Origin: a virus
Length of the DNA: 64,000 nucleotides
IMG/VR virus record: IMGVR_UViG_3300045988_075126
Span: 1-64,000 of that record
Direction: 5' to 3' (one strand)
This document shows positions 1-7,991 of the stretch, in pieces; position 1 is the stretch's first letter, and every line of letters begins with the position of its first letter. A program made the translations under genes and the position numbers. A model generated the notes under the pieces. It was not told the origin of the DNA and searched no databases. It saw nothing but the letters and a program-made list of their open reading frames with translations.

Positions 1-2
1 AT

Positions 3-11
3 TGCCGCAAA
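3..11 (+). repeat. TGCCGCAAA 9-mer, copy to the left of the att core (candidate integrase arm-type site)
   Basis: Exact 9-mer also present twice at 305-324 on the other side of the tRNA fragment. Confidence 0.4.
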
Positions 12-71
12 ATGATTATTCACCTGTAGTGTAAGCTACTATTGCTTAGATATTTATTGATATTCCGAGCA

Positions 72-118
72 ACAGCCTTCTAAGCTGTGGGTCTTGGGTT
101 CGAACCCCAACGGAATCA
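72..118 (+). other. 3' portion of a tRNA-Arg(UCU) gene without D arm or 5' half: probable attachment-site core
   Basis: ACAGC-CTTCTAA-GCTGT anticodon arm (TCT at 79-81), GGGTC variable loop, TTGGG-TTCGAAC-CCCAA T arm, CGGAATC acceptor strand plus A; upstream bases cannot form a D arm; integrase gene 250 nt downstream. Confidence 0.7.
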
Positions 119-304
119 CAATAACAAAGCATAAAGCGTAGGTGATATAATCGAAAGGTTATGTCACCTATTTTGCTTTAAAACGCTAAAATTCATCTAG
201 TTATAAGCGTGAAGTAAGTCTATTAGTGTCGTATGCGATAGAGTATATGGCGATGATGTGAATTTCACAAGTAAGCTGTACAATCCACAAGTAAAGTGTA
301 GAAA

Positions 305-343
305 TGCCGCAAAATTGCCGCAAATGCACAAAAATGTCCGCAA
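305..343 (+). repeat. Two exact (305-313, 316-324) and one degenerate (335-343) TGCCGCAAA copies just upstream of int
   Basis: Direct reading; same 9-mer as 3-11. Confidence 0.45.
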
Positions 344-370
344 TACATTGTAAATTTAAAGAGAATCATT

Positions 371-1552
371 ATGGCAACAATAACATATGAACTTGGAAAA
401 CCAAAGCTAGATAAGTCTAGAAAGGTATCTATCGTAGTCTCACACAAGGGGCAGAGAAGAAGAATTCCTACCAATATCGTTCTGACTGATAGTGACGTCT
501 CACGAAGCGGGAAGATTTCATCCCGAAAGATACAGAAGGCGATTGATGACAAGATAAATCTCCTTAAGGATAAATTATATGACCTAGAGATTGACTTGTT
601 AGGCAAGGATGTAGATATTGATTGGATTTTCTCGCATATAACAAAAGAAAGCGAAACTCTTGATTTCTTCGAGTATGCAGAGAAATGGATAGAACGTTCC
701 ACCAATAAAGGAAAGAAGAATTATTCTATAATGCTGAACTCCTTGGAACGTTTTAATCAATGCAGAAAACTGCCATTCTCGCTTATAGACTATAGTTTCC
801 TTAATAGATATAAAGATTATCTCGATGGGCATCCTAGAGCACAGTCTTTATACCTTGGCAATATCCGTCACTTGTTCAATGAGGCTATTAAGGAATACAA
901 CACGGACGATAAGAAAGTGATTACCAATAATCCTTTCGAGAAATTCTCTATTCCCAAGGATATGCCTAACACAAAGAACAGGGTAATCAGTGAAGAGAAC
1001 CTTGTTAAAGTGTTTAACTTCAAAGGTACAAGGCGTATCGGTATGGCTAGGGATTGTTACATTATGTCGTTCTGTCTGATGGGAATGAATTCTGTTGATA
1101 TGTATGAATGTACGCAATACAAGAATGGTGTGCTTGCATACGACAGAGCCAAGACTAGGGACAAGCGAGCAGACAACGCCCACATAGAAATAGAAGTACC
1201 TGATGTTATAAAACCTTTATTTAAAAAGTACAAAGGAACATCTAGGGTTTTTGATTTCTATATAAAGTATTCCAATTCGGGTAGCTTCAACAAGCATATC
1301 AACAAAGGTCTGCATTATATAGCGGACGAGTTGGGAATACCTCGTTTTGACTTCTATTCAGCCCGTCATACTTGGGCATCAATTGCTAGAAACAAACTGG
1401 GAATAGATAAATATACGATTCATGAAGCTCTTAACCATGTTTCGGACTTGGACATAACCGATATTTATATCCAGAAGGATTATACCAATATCAACAAGGC
1501 AAATGCAAAGGTCGTTGATTATCTTATCAACCTTGCAGGAAACAATATATAA
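371..1552 (+). CDS. int: Tyrosine recombinase / phage integrase
   Basis: 393 aa; C-terminal 'SARHTWASIA...ALNHVS...DIY' resembles the R-HxxR-H-Y catalytic region; adjacent to tRNA fragment. Confidence 0.9.
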   Translation: MATITYELGKPKLDKSRKVSIVVSHKGQRRRIPTNIVLTDSDVSRSGKISSRKIQKAIDDKINLLKDKLYDLEIDLLGKDVDIDWIFSHITKESETLDFFEYAEKWIERSTNKGKKNYSIMLNSLERFNQCRKLPFSLIDYSFLNRYKDYLDGHPRAQSLYLGNIRHLFNEAIKEYNTDDKKVITNNPFEKFSIPKDMPNTKNRVISEENLVKVFNFKGTRRIGMARDCYIMSFCLMGMNSVDMYECTQYKNGVLAYDRAKTRDKRADNAHIEIEVPDVIKPLFKKYKGTSRVFDFYIKYSNSGSFNKHINKGLHYIADELGIPRFDFYSARHTWASIARNKLGIDKYTIHEALNHVSDLDITDIYIQKDYTNINKANAKVVDYLINLAGNNI

Positions 1553-1567
1553 TATAATAAGGAGATA

Positions 1568-1600
1568 GGGGAAGTTTAGTCTTCCCCCTCTTTGTTTTTG
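1568..1600. terminator. Stem-loop GGGGAAG/CTTCCCC followed by a T-rich run, between convergent genes
   Basis: Hairpin 1568-1587 then CTCTTTGTTTTTG; partly overlaps the 3' end of the minus-strand ORF. Confidence 0.45.
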
Positions 1601-1875
1601 TTCTCCTCTTCCTTTTTATTCATTTTTGCACCAGTAGCTTTCATGATAGCCTTCAGAGCTTCTTCAAAGTTCAAGGAATCCTTTCCGCCATTAGGATGTT
1701 TCTCCCACCAGTCAGGGTCAACCCAACGCATTGCCTTGTCATACCAAGATTGGTCGATGGAGGTTTTCTTGCCATCTTGACTTATCAACAAATATCCACC
1801 TTGTCCATCGCTAGCTATTCGCTGAACTTGTTCAAGGTTGACCCATGTCTTTTGTTTTTCGCTATATACCCACAT
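1576..1875 (-). CDS. Hypothetical protein (99 aa)
   Basis: ATG ORF with its own -7 box 36 nt upstream; divergent from the HTH gene. Confidence 0.6.
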   Translation of the reverse strand: MWVYSEKQKTWVNLEQVQRIASDGQGGYLLISQDGKKTSIDQSWYDKAMRWVDPDWWEKHPNGGKDSLNFEEALKAIMKATGAKMNKKEEENKNKEGED

Positions 1876-1910
1876 AGTTATTGATTTAAATTATTTTTGT
1901 TCCTATTGTG

Positions 1911-1918
1911 CAAAGATA
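1911..1918 (-). promoter_or_regulatory. Bacteroidota -7 box (TATCTTTG on minus strand)
   Basis: Matches TAnnTTTG. Confidence 0.55.
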
Positions 1919-1992
1919 CCGCAAAGTATTAAAAATACCAAATAAAACCTATTTCTATATTTCAAGTTTGACCAAATGTGAGTTATTTTGTG

Positions 1993-2000
1993 TACCTTTG
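1993..2000 (+). promoter_or_regulatory. Bacteroidota -7 box TACCTTTG
   Basis: Matches TAnnTTTG, 18 nt before the ATG at 2018. Confidence 0.55.
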
Positions 2001-2017
2001 CAGAAAATTCTTAAAAT

Positions 2018-2458
2018 ATGATACAAAGATTTACGGAAATGTACTACGATGATGCTGTGCGCTTCGCTCAGTATATACAGGCTACGGAAGGTGGCGAGAT
2101 TGAACTAGTTAAAGAGGATGCAGATGGTTTTCCTCTTCCGCCTAAGCACAAGGTGTTTGACAACATGGTGAATTGTCTGAAGATAAGAAACTTTGAGATT
2201 GCTTATCTTCAGCAAAGACGTAATCCCGATGATGATAAGAAACATCGCAATCGAAATCTCTATCGCTACATCATGGGTCAGAAGATTAAAGAGGTTCGTG
2301 AACTTAGCGGTATGACCTTAGAGGAGTTGGCAGAAAAGTCAGGTTATAAGCCTAACAACATTCGTAACATTGAAATCGGGCGTTTTAACGCAGATATTGA
2401 TACGTTATGCAATATTGTTGAGGCTATGGATGCTCATTTTGAGGTGATGAAGGATTAA
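2018..2458 (+). CDS. XRE-family helix-turn-helix regulator (repressor-like)
   Basis: C-terminal 'IMGQKIKEVRELSGMTLEELAEKSGYKPNNIRNIEIG' is a typical HTH_3 pattern. Confidence 0.8.
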   Translation: MIQRFTEMYYDDAVRFAQYIQATEGGEIELVKEDADGFPLPPKHKVFDNMVNCLKIRNFEIAYLQQRRNPDDDKKHRNRNLYRYIMGQKIKEVRELSGMTLEELAEKSGYKPNNIRNIEIGRFNADIDTLCNIVEAMDAHFEVMKD

Positions 2459-2500
2459 AATGTGTTTCTGAATATAAATTATATTTAATATTTAAAAGAA

Positions 2501-2583
2501 ATGTATTAAATAATTTGCAAGATTTAGGTGTTTTTCTTATCTTTGCAACGTAATATAAAAGGTGAGACACACCGAAACAACTG
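2501..2583 (+). promoter_or_regulatory. Early-class promoter (ATTAAATAATTTGCAAG block, -7 TATCTTTG at 2538-2545) plus 27-nt leader motif 2557-2583
   Basis: AAAAGGTGAGACACACCGAAACAACTG; ATG follows 10 nt later. Confidence 0.65.
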
Positions 2584-2593
2584 TATTGAATAT

Positions 2594-2947
2594 ATGAATA
2601 AAGCATATTTGATTTTCAGCAAGAACACAAGCATTCAAGAATGTTGTACTTGGTTTCGTTATCGTGACGAAGCTTTAAAATACAATAAAGAACATTTTGA
2701 AAACGTGTTTAAGGTACTGCCACATGAGTTTGATTCTTTGAAAGATGTTGACCCTTGCGAGCCGACAGAGTTCACGAAGTCTTCAAGATGCGAGCATTGC
2801 TGGAGAAAGATCAAGAATGATTATCTAAAACATATAGGAGATATGAATATGAAGAAAGAAGAAAATTTTGACCCAAATGTCATTGATGACAGCGAGTTTG
2901 AAGAAGTAAATAAGTCGTTTGAAGAGAAGTTTGGCGAAAAGAAATAG
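2594..2947 (+). CDS. Hypothetical protein (117 aa)
   Basis: Start moved to the first ATG after promoter and leader; the track ORF start at 2528 lies inside the promoter. Confidence 0.6.
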   Translation: MNKAYLIFSKNTSIQECCTWFRYRDEALKYNKEHFENVFKVLPHEFDSLKDVDPCEPTEFTKSSRCEHCWRKIKNDYLKHIGDMNMKKEENFDPNVIDDSEFEEVNKSFEEKFGEKK

Positions 2948-3014
2948 TATTTCACAATTAGCCAAAAGTGAGTTTAATAACCCGAACGCATTTGTTAGGA
3001 TGGAAGAATTATGC

Positions 3015-3022
3015 TATCTTTG
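3015..3022 (+). promoter_or_regulatory. -7 box TATCTTTG
   Basis: TAnnTTTG, 26 nt upstream of the ATG at 3049. Confidence 0.55.
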
Positions 3023-3048
3023 CATTGCGTTCCTTGAAATAATTAATT

Positions 3049-3564
3049 ATGAGTAATAACAAAGAAGATTTTGATGCGCAGGTAAGTGCATTTAAAGAGA
3101 AGTATCCCGATTTCAAGCCAGCCAAACCTATTGAGGTTCTTAACTTGATTATGACAAGAAAGAATGCTAAGGAGATTCTTGAAGGCAAGAAGAAGGTTGA
3201 GTACAGAGCCTATACAGACCATTATATTGGTCGTTTGTTTGACAAGGATGTTTTGGAGTTCCTTAAAAAGCATGGTGAAGAAGAGGATGTAATTAAAGCG
3301 CAAGAGGAGGGTATTGTTGACCCATTGCGAGTAGTGAAGACAATCCACTTCCATGATTATAACAACTCGTGGTATCTCGATTGCGATGTTTTGGTGAATG
3401 ATACCTGCATCGTAATGAAAGAAGATATGGATTTCCTTCATGAAGAGTATGATAGTCATGACCTGGATGAAATGTATGAGGCATTGGAGCTTAAAAAAGA
3501 GAAAGAGCGTCCTTTGTTTTTCTTCTTTGTTGTTGACAAGGTAACTAAAACGACTCTAAAGTAG
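3049..3564 (+). CDS. Hypothetical protein, possible ASCH/PUA-like fold
   Basis: 171 aa; 'AKEILEGKKKVEYRAY' resembles the ASCH N-terminal motif (weak, by eye). Confidence 0.65.
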   Translation: MSNNKEDFDAQVSAFKEKYPDFKPAKPIEVLNLIMTRKNAKEILEGKKKVEYRAYTDHYIGRLFDKDVLEFLKKHGEEEDVIKAQEEGIVDPLRVVKTIHFHDYNNSWYLDCDVLVNDTCIVMKEDMDFLHEEYDSHDLDEMYEALELKKEKERPLFFFFVVDKVTKTTLK

Positions 3565-3642
3565 GTGGGCGTAAGTCCACTGACCCTAGATAATTCCTCA
3601 AGGGGAGTAGTTTATGATTCGTGGACTTAAAACGTTACAACT

Positions 3643-3867
3643 ATGTCAGAGGCATCAAGAGGTTATCGTTACACCCAATGGAGAGCGGTAACAAATCGTA
3701 CAACAGGTCTTCGTGCAGGTGAGAGACGACAGCGTGGTAGAAATATCGAATATCGTAACACTGGCGCACAAGGAACTACTTACGGTGGCGCAATGCGTAC
3801 ATTGGCAGCTCGTACAGCAGCTAATAACGTCACAGAGCGTGTAAACCGCAGACTTAGAAGAGGTTAA
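3643..3867 (+). CDS. Small, very basic arginine-rich protein (74 aa)
   Basis: About 17 Arg, mostly CGT codons; flanked upstream by competing hairpins and downstream by a terminator. Confidence 0.55.
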   Translation: MSEASRGYRYTQWRAVTNRTTGLRAGERRQRGRNIEYRNTGAQGTTYGGAMRTLAARTAANNVTERVNRRLRRG

Positions 3868-3877
3868 AAGTCTTAGA

Positions 3878-3916
3878 GGGGTTGAATGAATTAAGTTTCA
3901 TTCACCCCTTGTTTTT
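3878..3916 (+). terminator. Rho-independent terminator
   Basis: GGGGTTGAATGAA...TTCATTCACCCC stem followed by TTGTTTTT. Confidence 0.7.
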
Positions 3917-3930
3917 AAGGAGAATAATGT

Positions 3931-4632
3931 ATGCAAGAACTAAAAAGAGCAAGAGAAATCATTGACGATGTTTCCAAGGAGACAGACAGTATATTGCTTT
4001 TCCATTCTTTGAGTGGAAAGGATTCTATCGTCTTGCTTGACTTATGTTACAAGAAGTTCAAGCGAGTTATTGTTGTATTCATGTATCTTGTGAAAGACTT
4101 GGAACATATCATGCGTTACTACAATTACGCTAAAGCCAAATACCCGAACATAGAATTTGTTCAAGTTCCCCATTATGCTTTGTTCAATTATATTAAGACA
4201 GGGTATATGGGAATAAAGCAGAATACAAAACAAAGGCAATGGACTCTAGCTGACATTACCGAGAAACTTAGGGAGAAGCTAGGAGTTGAGTGGGCTTGTT
4301 ATGGATTCAAACAATCGGATTCTTTGAACAGACGCCTTATGCTAAGAAGTTATACGGATGGGAAGGAAGCTATTAATTGGAAGACGAAGAAGTTTTATCC
4401 ATTATCTACATATAAGAATAAGGAGATTTTGGATTTTATTCTTGACCATCGCTTGAAGAACCCAGAGGTGTGTGGAACGAATAAGCAAAGTTCGGGAGTT
4501 GATATTGAAGATATAGAATACCAAAAGTATCTCAAAGAGTTATATCCGGCAGATTTGGAGAAGATATACGAGGTATTCCCTATGGCAAGGATAGTCATGT
4601 TAAAAGCTAATAATAAGGAGGAACTGAAATGA
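3931..4632 (+). CDS. PAPS-reductase-like PP-loop ATPase (paralog 1)
   Basis: 'LLFHSLSGKDSIVLLDL' is a PP-loop SGGxDS-like motif; about 45 percent identical by eye to 5410..6144. Confidence 0.85.
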   Translation: MQELKRAREIIDDVSKETDSILLFHSLSGKDSIVLLDLCYKKFKRVIVVFMYLVKDLEHIMRYYNYAKAKYPNIEFVQVPHYALFNYIKTGYMGIKQNTKQRQWTLADITEKLREKLGVEWACYGFKQSDSLNRRLMLRSYTDGKEAINWKTKKFYPLSTYKNKEILDFILDHRLKNPEVCGTNKQSSGVDIEDIEYQKYLKELYPADLEKIYEVFPMARIVMLKANNKEELK

Positions 4633-5408
4633 AAAAAGGAAGTGAAACAAAGATAATAAAGAGGTCTCAGATAAATCTGAACCCTTGTAATCCGAAGGTA
4701 CATACCGATGCAGACATCAAGCAGCAGAAAGCTAACATAAAGAAAGTTGGTCTCATTGGTGGTATTCAATGGAATGAGACAACAGGCAATCTTATAGATG
4801 GACATAAACGAGTGATGAGTGTTGACCTTATCCAAGGTTATGATGGAACTCCCGAAACGGATTATGACATCAAGGTAGAAGCCGTTGATTTTGATGAGAA
4901 GACCGAAAAGGAGCAGTTGTTGTTTATGGCGAAGTCGCAAGACCCGATAGATTACAATTTGGTTGCTAAGAATTTCAGTATAGACGAAATAGATTTCAAG
5001 GCTGCTGGCTTCACGGAACAGGACACTGAACAAATAAAAATGTTGCAAGATGATTTGGAAGCATCTTTAAAAGAGTCTGGTATGAATGACTTCAGTGAGG
5101 ATTTTCTGAATGAACCGATGGCTTCTGTAGCTGAGCCAGTACCAATGACGGAATTGCCAAACATAGAAAAAACATCTGAAGAGATTGTAGCCGAGCATGC
5201 TGCCAAGCCTAAGATGACAAAGGAAGAGGTTAAAGAGCAGAAGCAACATTGTACTGATGTCGGCATGAAAAGGCAGGAAGATATTGATAACTTCATATTT
5301 ATCGACTTTGAAAGCTTGGAACAGAAGCAGCTGTTTTGTGATATGCTGCACATGGTAGCCACTAGCTCTATGCGTGTTTCCGGAAGTCAGGTCTTAGGTT
5401 TATTGTAA
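4629..5408 (+). CDS. ParB N-terminal (ParB/Srx) nuclease-like domain protein
   Basis: 'GGIQWNETTGNLIDGHKRV' resembles the ParB-box DGHHR/GxxR motif; ATGA overlap with the upstream gene. Confidence 0.8.
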   Translation: MKKGSETKIIKRSQINLNPCNPKVHTDADIKQQKANIKKVGLIGGIQWNETTGNLIDGHKRVMSVDLIQGYDGTPETDYDIKVEAVDFDEKTEKEQLLFMAKSQDPIDYNLVAKNFSIDEIDFKAAGFTEQDTEQIKMLQDDLEASLKESGMNDFSEDFLNEPMASVAEPVPMTELPNIEKTSEEIVAEHAAKPKMTKEEVKEQKQHCTDVGMKRQEDIDNFIFIDFESLEQKQLFCDMLHMVATSSMRVSGSQVLGLL

Positions 5409-5409
5409 T

Positions 5410-6144
5410 ATGGGACGTAAGCGAGTAAAGCCTCTTGTAGTGAGGAAAAATCCCATAGAAGTTGCCAATATGGTAATTGATATGGTTAGGGAACAGAGTC
5501 CAGATTGCATTGTTATGATGTCTCTTGGCAAGGATTCCATTGTTACATTGGACTTATTGTATGATAAGTTTGAACGGATAGTGTGTGTATTTATGTATCT
5601 CGTAAAAGACTTGGAACATATACAGCGATGGATAAACTGGTTGAGGGCAAGATACCCGAAGATAGAGTTCGAGCAAATTCCGCATTGGAATACTACATAC
5701 AATCTTCATTATGGGGTGTATTGTGTACCGAACCCAAAGGTAAAGGTACTTAATCTTTCTATGGTCGTAAAAGCCTTAAAGATACGTTTCGGAATAGAAT
5801 ACGTGTTCTTTGGTATGAAGAAAGCAGACTCGATGAACCGTAGCCTTATGTTGAAGTCTTATGAGGATGAAAATTACATTCATGGTGGGAATTGTTATCC
5901 TCTTGCTGATTTTACTCAAAAACAAATCCTTCAATATATGAAGCATCGGCATCTACCTAAGCCGATAATGTACTCCAGAGCATTGCGATCAGAGAATGCT
6001 GAGGTGGGGAATGCATCAGGAGGTTTGTCTTTGGACTTGGATTGTTTTGCATGGCTAAGGGATAATGCACCTGAAGACTTAGAGCGTATATATAAGGTGT
6101 TTCCGCAAAGTAGGGTGATTCTTTATAGGTATGACAACAAGTAA
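5410..6144 (+). CDS. PAPS-reductase-like PP-loop ATPase (paralog 2)
   Basis: 'VMMSLGKDSIVTLDLL...FMYLVKDLEHI' parallels paralog 1. Confidence 0.85.
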   Translation: MGRKRVKPLVVRKNPIEVANMVIDMVREQSPDCIVMMSLGKDSIVTLDLLYDKFERIVCVFMYLVKDLEHIQRWINWLRARYPKIEFEQIPHWNTTYNLHYGVYCVPNPKVKVLNLSMVVKALKIRFGIEYVFFGMKKADSMNRSLMLKSYEDENYIHGGNCYPLADFTQKQILQYMKHRHLPKPIMYSRALRSENAEVGNASGGLSLDLDCFAWLRDNAPEDLERIYKVFPQSRVILYRYDNK

Positions 6145-6191
6145 TACTCTTTTTAATTTATATATATAATAATGTATTATTTTCTTTTTGG

Positions 6192-6231
6192 TATAGGCGG
6201 GCTTGCGAAAGTCTGCCTATATTGTTAAAAT
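6192..6231 (+). terminator. Stem-loop TATAGGC...GCCTATA after the PAPS/ParB operon
   Basis: 7-bp stem, preceded by a T-run (could act bidirectionally). Confidence 0.4.
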
Positions 6232-6289
6232 CATAAAATTAGCAGCACTTAAAGCAAACAAAAGTTAAATGCGTAAAGAAAAACCATAA

Positions 6290-6408
6290 TATATTTGCAA
6301 GTTAAAAAATAAAATCGTATCTTTGCAATGTCTTTAAGAGATACTTGAAGATTTGCCGCAAGACAAGTTTCTTGCAAGATAGTGCAGGGCGAGCACGTTA
6401 AAAACTAG
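6290..6408 (+). promoter_or_regulatory. Early-class promoter (ATATTTGCAAG, -7 TATCTTTG at 6318-6325) plus variant leader motif 6388-6408
   Basis: GGCGAGCACGTTAAAAACTAG, 10 nt before the ATG at 6419. Confidence 0.55.
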
Positions 6409-6418
6409 CACAATTGTT

Positions 6419-6673
6419 ATGAAGATGATTACCGACAAGCAGAAGAAGTTCATCAATGATATTAAAGGTGTTATCACAGAAAATGGCATAAATGCTATTG
6501 ATGCATTGGACTTGAATAAGTTTACTTGCTATGATGCATCTAAGCTTATTAGTGGCTTGCTTGGTCTTAGAGATTGCTACAAGGCGATTTCAAGAGGCGC
6601 ATGTGTAACTAGTACAGCGTATTGCGATGAGGCTTTAGATAATGTCTTTAATACAATTGAAAAGTACAAATAA
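6419..6673 (+). CDS. Hypothetical protein (84 aa)
   Basis: ATG ORF after promoter and leader. Confidence 0.65.
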   Translation: MKMITDKQKKFINDIKGVITENGINAIDALDLNKFTCYDASKLISGLLGLRDCYKAISRGACVTSTAYCDEALDNVFNTIEKYK

Positions 6674-6676
6674 TAA

Positions 6677-6703
6677 AAAAGGTGAGACACACCATAAAAA
6701 CTG
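6677..6703 (+). promoter_or_regulatory. 27-nt leader motif copy without a recognisable promoter
   Basis: AAAAGGTGAGACACACCATAAAAACTG, identical to the copy at 54932-54958. Confidence 0.6.
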
Positions 6704-6739
6704 TCTAAGAGAAAGAATAGCAAAGAATAAGTAAGAAAT

Positions 6740-6898
6740 ATGATAGCTTTCTTAAACGAACGTCACGATATGGATTGCGCAACGTTACGTCAGCGTTTTG
6801 CAGTATGCTATGGTATGAGTGAGAACGAGGCGAAGAAAGTTATTTTGGAGTTGACTATGCTTCAGATTTTTGCAGAAAATTTTGGTGTTGAAATTTAA
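6740..6898 (+). CDS. Hypothetical small protein (52 aa)
   Basis: ATG ORF below the track threshold, fills the gap after the leader motif. Confidence 0.4.
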   Translation: MIAFLNERHDMDCATLRQRFAVCYGMSENEAKKVILELTMLQIFAENFGVEI

Positions 6899-6909
6899 AA
6901 CTTAGAATT

Positions 6910-7380
6910 ATGGATAAGAATACAGCATATCAAGTAATAAGCCAATTTAAGGAAAATAATTGTAATAGCGAAGCTTTGGCTAACGCTTTGGATGAAGCAT
7001 TGAAAGCTTTGAAGCCAGTGGCTACAAATAACGTTTACGTTATCAAGTTGGCTATATTGGGGACTACGTTATCTACGTTATGGATAGAAACATCTAACGA
7101 TAAGAAAAAGATGCAGGCACATATTGCAGAATGGAGAAGTAAGATAGTAGAGCGATGCAAAGATGATAATAGCTCTTTCGAGTTTGATTTTCAACATGGG
7201 AGTCCTTATAATTTCACGGCAAACAAAAAGAATTGCAATGAGTTGCCTTTTTACTTTGATGGCAAACATTATTGCTTTTCGATATTAGAGGGGTATAAAA
7301 GTCTTAAAAGCAAATATGAGCAGAGTATCGAGCACGATATGGATGCCGTTCAAGATATGATGTCTTATTTAAATTTATAG
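6910..7380 (+). CDS. Hypothetical protein (156 aa)
   Basis: Compact same-strand ORF. Confidence 0.7.
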   Translation: MDKNTAYQVISQFKENNCNSEALANALDEALKALKPVATNNVYVIKLAILGTTLSTLWIETSNDKKKMQAHIAEWRSKIVERCKDDNSSFEFDFQHGSPYNFTANKKNCNELPFYFDGKHYCFSILEGYKSLKSKYEQSIEHDMDAVQDMMSYLNL

Positions 7381-7383
7381 AGT

Positions 7384-7650
7384 ATGAAGTTATATGAGGT
7401 AGGAGGTATTATCAAAGAGGTGCAGCCAAAGAATGGAGAAAAGATTTCACTAGAGGAAGCTCAGGCTTTGGTTGATGGATATGTTGAATTGATACATCTT
7501 GATGGCGATAATATTTTGTTATGTGATGGTGATGGAGTACTAAGGTTCAAGCGAATAAATACATTAGCAACAAGTCACGCAAAACAATTAGGTTGGAAAG
7601 GTAGTTATTTAGTTGGGAGTGTTTTATTTTTAAAGGATAAGGAGTTTTAA
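7384..7650 (+). CDS. Hypothetical protein (88 aa)
   Basis: Compact same-strand ORF. Confidence 0.65.
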   Translation: MKLYEVGGIIKEVQPKNGEKISLEEAQALVDGYVELIHLDGDNILLCDGDGVLRFKRINTLATSHAKQLGWKGSYLVGSVLFLKDKEF

Positions 7651-7652
7651 AC

Positions 7653-7991
7653 ATGAGTAAGGCTAGAAAAAATGATAAGAATAAGGATATACCTGAAGAG
7701 CGAATAACTCTTAGGGTATTGGAGAATTATTCCAAAATGCAAGAAGAATTGTGTCGTCTCCGCAAGAAAACACGTGAACAAGGCTATAAACTTAACGAAC
7801 TCAACAATCGACTACAGAGGCTTAACTCGAAAGAAGTTAGATGTGAGTTAGAGAAGTACAGAAAATTACTCTTAGAGCGTGATGAGTTACGTGAAAAGAA
7901 TAAAGCTTTAGAGCAGGTGGTAAAGCAGTATGATGGGCTAAAAAGGTTTTTCACTAATGAATTAAACGAGAAAGAGGAGGGAAAAGAATGA
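7653..7991 (+). CDS. Hypothetical coiled-coil protein (112 aa)
   Basis: Charged heptad-like sequence; 4-nt overlap with the next gene. Confidence 0.65.
   Translation: MSKARKNDKNKDIPEERITLRVLENYSKMQEELCRLRKKTREQGYKLNELNNRLQRLNSKEVRCELEKYRKLLLERDELREKNKALEQVVKQYDGLKRFFTNELNEKEEGKE

Noticed and set aside
61-118. A complete tRNA gene at the left end
   Set aside because: ATTCCG at 62-67 can pair with the 3' acceptor strand, but only 4 nt separate it from the anticodon stem. No D arm can form, so this is called a 3' fragment (att core).
265-1183. Minus-strand ORFs 265..705, 599..832 and 848..1183
   Set aside because: They are antisense to the well-supported integrase gene and have hydrophobic, low-complexity translations.
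3643-3867. A phage-encoded ribosomal protein (bS21 or bL34-like), as known from some Bacteroidota phages
   Set aside because: The sequence does not resemble the bS21 or bL34 sequences I recall. Only the basic composition is shared.
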